The position numbers and the translations under genes were made by a program. Below are positions 9,354 through 15,315 of a stretch of DNA of 32,000 bases, piece by piece. Position 1 is the stretch's first letter. The number at the start of each line of letters is the position of its first letter. The DNA is from Ferroglobus placidus DSM 10642 (GTDB taxonomy: Archaea > Halobacteriota > Archaeoglobi > Archaeoglobales > Archaeoglobaceae): NCBI RefSeq assembly GCF_000025505.1, contig NC_013849.1:1710001-1742000 (forward strand), in the 5' to 3' direction. The notes beneath the pieces are model-generated. The model was not told where the DNA came from. It saw nothing but the letters and a program-made list of their open reading frames with translations, and made no database searches.

Positions 9354-10349
9354 TCACCTCAGAGGAGTTTTCGAGATTAGCAATCTGTTGTAGGTCGGAT
9401 ATCTTTCGACGATGTAAACCTCTATTCCCTCCTTCCTGAGCTTTTCGGCATTTTCCTCTGCGAACTCCATACTTACCTCGAATCCTTCATCTGTTTCGAA
9501 GAAATCAATACCCATGGACGTTAATATTTTTCTAATTTTTTCCTTGTCTCCCTCCAAGTATCCGCAGAGAACAGTGCCTTCACTCGTGACCTTGTAAAAC
9601 TCTGGTAAGTTGAAACCCATTCTTATGAGCCTTCTTCTAAATTGAGCAATATCTTTGAATCTCACGCTGCAAAAGTGAAACTTTTTGACTTTTTCAGCGT
9701 ACTTCATAGCTATTTCCTTGCTATTTTTAGCCTCGTAAAACTCCCCTATTTCCCATCCCCTCTTTTCGAGTTCGAGGTAATTTGTCGCCGAAAATTCGAG
9801 CTCGTTAACGTTGAGAAATATATCCTCCTCGTTTACGAGCTTTACTATCTCCTCTTCATACTTTATAGCCGGAATTTCAATGCCGGTCTCAATTCCGTAC
9901 TTTTTCGCAATTCTAACGCTTTCTCTGTAGATTTCGGAGTTTTCGAGATGGGGTGGATGGAATCTGATCTCATCCAAGCCGGCTTCGGCAAGTTTTTTTA
10001 TGACCTCCTCTTTTGCCGGAACGCTCGTGTATAAATGAATGTGCAGGTCGTCAAAAGCTTCTATGACTTCCAGAACGTAGTCGAGCTTTAGCAAAGGCTC
10101 TCCTCCGGTTATCGCTATTCCTTCAGCGCTCATCGCATTTATCTCTTCGGCGATATCTTCCAAGCTTCTCACCGGTCTTTCGTTTGCGTAAACTACATCT
10201 TTTCCCTTTTTCTCCTCGCTTATCGGACAGTAATAACAGCTGCTGCGACATTTTCCCGTGACAAATAGGACGAGTTTCGCTCCTCTCCTGCAGATCTTAC
10301 AGCCTTCGCTTAGGTAGCTGTAAAAACTTCCGGCTTCGATCCTTTTCAT
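9354..10349 (-). CDS. radical SAM protein (uncharacterised, PFL-activase-related group)
   Basis: 331 aa. CRSSCYYC (CxxxCxxC) cluster motif preceded by CKIC; GGEPLL glycine-rich SAM motif. ATGA-type 4-nt overlap with the lysS stop. Confidence 0.8.
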   Translation of the reverse strand: MKRIEAGSFYSYLSEGCKICRRGAKLVLFVTGKCRSSCYYCPISEEKKGKDVVYANERPVRSLEDIAEEINAMSAEGIAITGGEPLLKLDYVLEVIEAFDDLHIHLYTSVPAKEEVIKKLAEAGLDEIRFHPPHLENSEIYRESVRIAKKYGIETGIEIPAIKYEEEIVKLVNEEDIFLNVNELEFSATNYLELEKRGWEIGEFYEAKNSKEIAMKYAEKVKKFHFCSVRFKDIAQFRRRLIRMGFNLPEFYKVTSEGTVLCGYLEGDKEKIRKILTSMGIDFFETDEGFEVSMEFAEENAEKLRKEGIEVYIVERYPTYNRLLISKTPLR

Positions 10350-11821
10350 ACTTTTTTAAACCTCTTCTTCACCCACTCGATGCCGAGGGACTTTATGAAG
10401 TATCCTGCTCTTGGACCGTAGTTTTTGCCGAGAATCGCTTTGTATATCGCCTGAAAAGCCTTTGCTGGCTTTACGTTTAACTCCCTCGCAACCTCGTAAA
10501 CGAGCTGGTGAATTCTTTCAGGGCTCATATCTTCTTCAAGCCTCTCCGCAAAAGTTCTTAGGAATCTCCTTTCGTCTTCGCTGAATTCCACCTCTATCTC
10601 TTCCTTAATCTCAAACTTCAGGTTTTCCGGAGCGAACTTTTCGAGCCACCTCTTAGCGTATATCAGCCTTCTCTCCACGTCTCTCCTCACCGTCTCATCG
10701 ACGTGATAAGTTCTCGACAATATTTCGAGGGCTTTTTCTAAATCCCAGTTTGCTATCTGCCCAACAACAACGAGGTGTCTGAAGGAAACGTCGGAGTAAA
10801 CTACATCTCCAACTATCGAAAGCTGAACGCTCCTATCTTTTCTCCTGTAAGCATCCTCAAACTCGTCGAAAACCTCAAGAATCATCGAGGGATCGAACTC
10901 TATATGCCTTTCCGGCTTCGTTCTGATTATTATGTACCTGATTATTTCCGGAGGTAGAGCTTCTACGAGGTCCTTCACCGGCACGACTATTCCCTTCGAG
11001 CTTTTCATCGCTCCAACGCCTTTCAAATGAATCCACTCGTAAACGATAGGATAGGGTGGCTCGAAACCGTAAACTTCCCTTGCTATCCTCACTCCCGTAT
11101 CGTAGCTCCCTCCAGCAGCTGCGTGATCTTTTCCAAAGGGTTCGCAGGTTATTTTGAGGATGTCCCATCTAGCTACCCAGTCCACTCGCCAAGTAAGCTT
11201 TCCCTCCCTAAAGCTCGCGTATCCGCTGTATCCGCAGGAGCAGGAGTAGTAAGCACCTTTATCGTCGAAGCTCTTAACTTTAGCCGAGTTTATCCTTCCG
11301 CAGTTCTTGCATAGCGGATTGAAAGGACTCCAATCTTCTTCCACTTCTCTACCACTAACTTCTTTGAGAATTTCGGCAATTTTGTCCCTTTTTTCCAGAG
11401 CTATTCTAATGTGCTTCTCGTACTCTCCGGATTTGTACATTTGATCCGCTCTTTTTACGATTAAATCTATTCCCAGAACGTCTAACGACTCTAAAAAAGG
11501 TTGAAGGAAATGTTCAGCGTAATTTTCATGGCACCCTCCTTCAGGATCAGGAATCTCGCTTAAAGGCATTCCCACGTATTTCTCAAACTCTTCTGGAAGA
11601 AAGGGATACCTCCTCCTCAGAGGATCGAAAGTGTCGGCAACGTAAATTACTTCAGCCTTTCCTCCCTTTTCCTCCACAGCTCTTCTCACAGCATCAGCTA
11701 TTATTATCTCTCTCAGGTTTCCGAAATGGATGTGTCCTGAAGGAGTTATTCCGGTGGCTATTCTGTGCTTATCTCCTCTTTTGAGTAAATCTTCGGCGAT
11801 CACGTCAGCCCAGTGAGTCAT
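10346..11821 (-). CDS. lysS: lysine--tRNA ligase, class I
   Basis: HIGH-variant SGHIHFGN, KMSKS-variant AMKSSKG, internal Cys-rich insertion. I chose the ATG at 11821 because it gives MTHWADVIAE, the usual class I LysRS N-terminus. The track ORF extends to a GTG at 11866, only 3 nt after GGAGG; that remains an alternative start. Confidence 0.92.
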   Translation of the reverse strand: MTHWADVIAEDLLKRGDKHRIATGITPSGHIHFGNLREIIIADAVRRAVEEKGGKAEVIYVADTFDPLRRRYPFLPEEFEKYVGMPLSEIPDPEGGCHENYAEHFLQPFLESLDVLGIDLIVKRADQMYKSGEYEKHIRIALEKRDKIAEILKEVSGREVEEDWSPFNPLCKNCGRINSAKVKSFDDKGAYYSCSCGYSGYASFREGKLTWRVDWVARWDILKITCEPFGKDHAAAGGSYDTGVRIAREVYGFEPPYPIVYEWIHLKGVGAMKSSKGIVVPVKDLVEALPPEIIRYIIIRTKPERHIEFDPSMILEVFDEFEDAYRRKDRSVQLSIVGDVVYSDVSFRHLVVVGQIANWDLEKALEILSRTYHVDETVRRDVERRLIYAKRWLEKFAPENLKFEIKEEIEVEFSEDERRFLRTFAERLEEDMSPERIHQLVYEVARELNVKPAKAFQAIYKAILGKNYGPRAGYFIKSLGIEWVKKRFKKV

Positions 11822-11939
11822 CGAGGAAAAATCTGAAGTAGTTTTAAAAACGTTTCTCGTCCCCACTCACCTCCGATTTTTCTCTCCCTTATTAAGTAGA
11901 CACTTCTGTAAACATCATCGTCGAAAGGCTTATACCTAC

Positions 11940-12191
11940 TTGTTGTATACAACACGGATTGTAGCGGAAACGGAAGTTATAAGCGTGAGAGTACGAAAAG
12001 GAACTAAAAAACTGCTTGAAGAAGTGGGGTTAAACGTGAGCGAAGAGGTAAGGAAATTCCTTGAAGAGCTTGTATGGAAGGTAAAGATAAAGAAAAAACT
12101 GGAAGAGTGGGAAAAAATTCTGGAAAACGTGAAACCTTCGGAAAGCGGATTTGCAGCTACCAGCGTGAGGGAAGATCGTGATAGTCGTTGA
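11940..12191 (+). CDS. vapB: VapB-type (ribbon-helix-helix) antitoxin
   Basis: 83 aa. EVISVRVRKGTKKLLEEVGLNVSEEVRKFLEELV ... SVREDRDSR matches the archaeal VapB pattern I recall (ISVRV beta-strand, SEEVRKFLEE, C-terminal REDRDS). The 3' end overlaps a PIN-like start by 14 nt. The start codon is uncertain: TTG at 11940 or 11943, with no ATG available. Confidence 0.7.
   Translation: MLYTTRIVAETEVISVRVRKGTKKLLEEVGLNVSEEVRKFLEELVWKVKIKKKLEEWEKILENVKPSESGFAATSVREDRDSR
11941..11954. promoter_or_regulatory. 14-bp perfect palindrome TGTTGTATACAACA, candidate VapB operator
   Basis: Read directly from the sequence; it is its own reverse complement. It overlaps the two TTG candidate start codons of vapB and lies downstream of TATA-like CTTATTAA (11888-11895) and GCTTATAC (11928-11935). 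Confidence 0.4.
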
Positions 12192-12255
12192 CTCTTCGCT
12201 GCTGGTTAAATTCTTTTCCAAAGAAGAGGGTTTGAGTGTAAGACTGATAGAATGA
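12178..12255 (+). pseudogene. vapC: vapC (PIN-domain toxin) remnant, only the first 25 codons
   Basis: A GTG at 12178 opens VIVVDSSLLVKFFSKEEGLSVRLIE, then TGA. IVVDSS..L.KFF is the canonical N-terminal PIN strand with the first catalytic Asp. I could not find the rest of a PIN domain in any frame downstream, or beyond the inserted segment. Confidence 0.6.
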
Positions 12256-12276
12256 AAAACGTAAAGCAGCAATTCA

Positions 12277-12285
12277 AATTCATCG
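12277..12285. repeat. direct repeat AATTCATCG, left copy (candidate target-site duplication)
   Basis: Identical 9-mer at 14931-14939. It lies 3 nt outside the left inverted-end core. Confidence 0.5.
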
Positions 12286-12679
12286 GGGGTGTCCAACAAT
12301 TTAAGAAGCTCGCACTTCCACCTTAAAGCCAATTTTATACAATAAACTACCTTTCTAGCGAGAATCCTCGTTTCGTTGCTTTTTTCTCTCGATTTCGACC
12401 TCTCGCCGAATTCAACGCTTAGTGCTCCGAAGTTTTTTCGGCTTCCTTCCTCTACGCTTTTCAAATCTTTCATCAATCTTCAACAATGTTAAAATCACAT
12501 GAAGGAATTTGTAAATTAGCTCGATGTCGTAGACGAGAGTATCCACCTCTTGAGCATGAAGAAATTTAATTTAGCAATTGTATTTTGTGATGCCATCTAA
12601 GAAAGTTGTTTTTAGACAGGTCGTCATTATGGTAATTATTAAATACTCCTAGTACTAAACTAGTTATGGGGGAATAAAA

Positions 12680-14557
12680 ATGAGTGATGGTAAGAATCTA
12701 ATTTTAGAAAGTGACAAACTATCCGACGAAAAATGGATTGTAAACTTTATAAAAGCGATGCCTGGGATTATAATTTTTGTGGGGGTAGATGGAAAAATAA
12801 AATTTGCAAATGACAATGCAGCTAGACTTGCTGGATATGACAGTGCAGAACAAATTATTGGGTTAAAACCCAAAGATGTAGCTGTTTTTAGTGAAGAATA
12901 TGCAAATATAGGAAAAAAATTTATAGAAAAAATTAAAAAAGGAGAACCAGTAAAATTAGAGACAAAACTTATTCCGAAAGTTGGCAAGGAGTTCTATGCT
13001 AGGATTGAGGTTAATCCATTTTACTCTAACGGAGAACTTGTAGGATATATTGAGTCATTCTATGATATCACCGAGCTAGTCAAGAAAAACGAATTTATCA
13101 AAAAAATATTCTTTGAGATGCCAGCCCCAGTTTATGCAATGTTCGTTGGTACTGATGGTAGAATTCGCTACGTAAATAATGAACTTGTAAGATTAACAGG
13201 ACTATCAATTGACGAGATTGTTGGAAAAAGAAGTGGAGAAATTATAAAAACACCTACAGGAAAAACACTTGCTGACAAAATTTTAAAGACTCGTAAAAGT
13301 GTTATCAACTTTGAGGGGGTTGTAAACGTAGGTGATACAATTATCCCGGCTTTAGTTTCTTGTGTACCAATATATATGGATGATGAGTTAATGGGTGCTA
13401 TGTATATATTTATAAGTATTAAAAATCTCAAAGAAAAAGAAAAAGAGATTAGAGAAATACTTGAATATATGAGAGAAAACCTTTCGAAGCTCAGTAATGC
13501 TATTAAAGAATTACAATCTGGTAACCTTGACATAAAAATTGAGAAAACTCGCGATGATGAATTCGGAAAAACGTTTGAAGCTTTCAATGAGTTTGTTAAA
13601 AAGTTAAGGGAGATTATTACGGACATTACTGCAGATATGAAAGATGTAAAAGGTGGTGTGCAGGAAATTGAAGAAGCATTATCTCAAATGAGTTCTGGAA
13701 TGGAACAAATTAGCACATCATCTCAACAGATTGCTAACGGTAGTGAAAATCTTTCAAGATTAGCCAACGAATCGATGGCACACCTTAAAAAGACCGAAAA
13801 AATATTCAGCGATTTAGTTCAAGAAGCAGTGGAATATTCTGAAGTTGCTGATGATGCAGCTAAAAATGCTAATAGAGCTGCAGAGTTGGGAGTTGTTGCC
13901 CTTCAGGCAATAGACAAAATAACCGAGGTTATGGAGTCCACTTCACGGGTTGTCGAATCTCTGGAAAAGGCTGTTAGAGATATTGGAAAGGTTACAGACA
14001 AAATTAGAACAATTGCTGATCAGACCAATTTGCTTGCTTTGAATGCTGCTATTGAAGCTGCGAGGGCTGGGGAGCATGGGAGGGGTTTTGCCGTTGTTGC
14101 GGATGAAGTAAGAAAACTTGCTGTAGAAGCCAAAAAGAGCACTGAAGAAATTAATGAAATAGTTACCAAAGTTCAAGAAGAAACTAAAAAAGTTATCGAA
14201 ACTACACAATCGGCGAAGAGTATAAGTTTAGAGAGTAGTAAAAACATTACTGAAGCTTTGAATATGGCTAGATCGATAGCACAATCTGTTAACGAATTAG
14301 CTAAAATGTTTGGAAAGTTATCAGAGGTTGCCCAAGAAGGGCTCAGAAGTCTCGAAGTTCTTACAAAGAATTTCGAAGAAGTTGCATCAACTGCTGAAGA
14401 AAATGCGGCATCTACTGAAGAAACTTCTGCAGCAATAGAAGAACAAACTGCATCGATCCAACAAGTATATAACACGATTTCCAATATTAAAAGTATTGCC
14501 GAAAGTACGTATGTAAAAATGATAGAAACTTTCAAATTTGAGAAAATAGAAAAATAG
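12680..14557 (+). CDS. methyl-accepting chemotaxis protein, soluble, two PAS-like domains + HAMP + MA signalling domain
   Basis: 625 aa. Highly conserved hairpin-tip motif [39 protein letters not shown]-like [39 protein letters not shown]. Two N-terminal PAS-like modules ([16 protein letters not shown]..., [16 protein letters not shown]...). I saw no hydrophobic segment long enough for a TM helix. G+C is far below the flanks. Confidence 0.9.
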   Translation: MSDGKNLILESDKLSDEKWIVNFIKAMPGIIIFVGVDGKIKFANDNAARLAGYDSAEQIIGLKPKDVAVFSEEYANIGKKFIEKIKKGEPVKLETKLIPKVGKEFYARIEVNPFYSNGELVGYIESFYDITELVKKNEFIKKIFFEMPAPVYAMFVGTDGRIRYVNNELVRLTGLSIDEIVGKRSGEIIKTPTGKTLADKILKTRKSVINFEGVVNVGDTIIPALVSCVPIYMDDELMGAMYIFISIKNLKEKEKEIREILEYMRENLSKLSNAIKELQSGNLDIKIEKTRDDEFGKTFEAFNEFVKKLREIITDITADMKDVKGGVQEIEEALSQMSSGMEQISTSSQQIANGSENLSRLANESMAHLKKTEKIFSDLVQEAVEYSEVADDAAKNANRAAELGVVALQAIDKITEVMESTSRVVESLEKAVRDIGKVTDKIRTIADQTNLLALNAAIEAARAGEHGRGFAVVADEVRKLAVEAKKSTEEINEIVTKVQEETKKVIETTQSAKSISLESSKNITEALNMARSIAQSVNELAKMFGKLSEVAQEGLRSLEVLTKNFEEVASTAEENAASTEETSAAIEEQTASIQQVYNTISNIKSIAESTYVKMIETFKFEKIEK

Positions 14558-14600
14558 TTAATGTATTGTATAATATTATAAATATTATAGTTACTCCAAT

Positions 14601-14618
14601 ATTATTTTATTATTTTTT
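14601..14618 (+). terminator. oligo-T tract downstream of the MCP gene (archaeal-type terminator candidate)
   Basis: ATTATTTTATTATTTTTT lies about 45 nt after the stop codon. Archaeal RNAP terminates at T-runs. Confidence 0.35.
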
Positions 14619-14783
14619 AAATTCTTTAGCTTTGTTTTACAAGACACTATATAAATAAATATATAAATAATATTGGCAAAATTCACGTTGACTGAAAAAG
14701 CTTAGGAGTACATTGCTGGAACATAAATATCGGAAAAATTCGCCTTTGATTGCCATAAACTCAACACCGGGGGTGTCCAGAGA

Positions 14784-14926
14784 GTGTCCAAAATTCTCAA
14801 ACTTTTAAGATGATTTCTAACTTCAAACAGATCAAAAATTCATCAAAAACTTGTTTGATCTTGTTTATCCGGAAATCTGATTAGCTTGAATTTTATTGAC
14901 TCCAAAAGCGTTGAATTATTGGACAC
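14784..14926. repeat. 143-bp MITE-like unit with terminal inverted repeats and a central hairpin
   Basis: The ends are GTGTCCAAAATTC (14784-14796) and the reverse complement of 14913-14926, GTGTCCAATAATTC; they are identical apart from one extra T. Similarity continues inward (CAAaCTTTTaaG vs CAAcgCTTTTggaG). Centrally, AAACAGATCAAA (14825-14836) pairs with TTTGATCTTGTTT (14854-14866). Confidence 0.5.
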
Positions 14927-14930
14927 GCTC

Positions 14931-14939
14931 AATTCATCG
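14931..14939. repeat. direct repeat AATTCATCG, right copy (candidate target-site duplication)
   Basis: Identical to 12277-12285. It lies 4 nt outside the right inverted-end core. Confidence 0.5.
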
Positions 14940-14944
14940 CAAAC

Positions 14945-14952
14945 CTTAAATA
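14945..14952 (+). promoter_or_regulatory. TATA-box candidate for rpl40e
   Basis: CTTAAATA is centred about 25 nt upstream of the ATG at 14974, implying a leaderless or very short-leader mRNA. The same TTAAATA core sits in front of trpC. Confidence 0.4.
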
Positions 14953-14973
14953 ACTACCTCCTTAGCCGAATTT

Positions 14974-15126
14974 ATGGCGAGATTTCCAGAGGCTGAAGCG
15001 AGGCTATTCAACGTGAAAATCTGCATGAGGTGCAACGCAAGAAATCCGATGAAAGCGAGAACTTGCAGAAAGTGCGGATACAAAGGTTTGAGACCTAAAG
15101 CCAAAGAAAGAAAGGGTAGGAAGTAA
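14974..15126 (+). CDS. rpl40e: 50S ribosomal protein L40e
   Basis: Not in the ORF track (50 aa): [50 protein letters not shown]. It has the CxxC...CxxC zinc ribbon and the [11 protein letters not shown]-terminus typical of archaeal L40e. Confidence 0.92.
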   Translation: MARFPEAEARLFNVKICMRCNARNPMKARTCRKCGYKGLRPKAKERKGRK

Positions 15127-15315
15127 TCAGCTTCTCCAAATTTTGTCCAGCTCCTCGTCTTCTTTCTCGCTTATAACTCTGATTTCCATCAATCTCCATC
15201 CGAGTCTATCTTTTACTAAAGCTAAGGGCTTTCCTTTACAGCTCACAACCTGAATTTCCGCTTTGTATCTGTGACTTTTTCTGCATACCGGGCAGCTAAC
15301 TTCAACTTCTTCCAT
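15127..15315 (-). CDS. hypothetical small protein (62 aa)
   Basis: The ATG is preceded by GAGGA at 6-nt spacing and overlaps the manC 3' end by 14 nt, so it may be coupled. There is one CPVC pair plus one more Cys, and an acidic tail. I recognise no family. Confidence 0.4.
   Translation of the reverse strand: MEEVEVSCPVCRKSHRYKAEIQVVSCKGKPLALVKDRLGWRLMEIRVISEKEDEELDKIWRS

Larger units (their letters stand above)
12286..14930. mobile_element. inverted-repeat-bounded, direct-repeat-flanked cargo element carrying an MCP gene; no intact transposase seen
   Basis: The left end reads gggGTGTCCAACAATT (12286-12301). The reverse complement of the right end (14913-14930) reads gagcGTGTCCAATAATT, with the 13-nt cores 12/13 identical. 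AATTCATCG flanks both ends. The interior is frame-broken debris, a low-GC MCP gene, an AT-rich spacer and a nested 143-bp mini-element. Confidence 0.5.

Noticed and set aside
12030-12476. 148-aa minus-strand track ORF
   Set aside because: Its C-terminal two-thirds is antisense to vapB and the vapC stub, and its N-terminal third is debris inside the element. It is a chimeric artefact, not a gene.
14640-14675. The AT-rich tandem repeat TATATAAATAA x2 as a CRISPR or minisatellite array
   Set aside because: There are only two copies of an 11-mer with a 1-nt spacer and low complexity. Nothing in the window has CRISPR-like repeat-spacer periodicity.
12284-14779. The 12-nt direct repeat CGGGGGTGTCCA (12284-12295 and 14768-14779) as attL/attR of an integrase-mediated (SSV-type, split int gene) integration
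   Set aside because: No integrase-like ORF is present. Joining the minus-strand frame ending ...LLKLLDTP at the left copy to the frame after the right copy gives a short, low-complexity tail (GVEFMAIKGEFFRYLCSSNVLL...) that does not resemble a recombinase. The repeat is better explained as a duplicated transposon-end motif (GTGTCCA core). A 12-mer alone is also within chance expectation for a 32-kb window.
14805-14882. Possible C/D-box sRNA (AGATGAT at about 14807, CTGA at 14876-14879)
   Set aside because: The putative C box is GAUGAU rather than RUGAUGA. There is no internal D'/C' pair, and the spacing (about 70 nt) exceeds typical archaeal C/D sRNAs. The region is better explained as the MITE-like palindrome.
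14927-14973. The missing 3' part of vapC downstream of the inserted element
   Set aside because: I translated all three plus frames of 14700-14973 by hand. All are short and stop-ridden, with nothing resembling PIN motifs.
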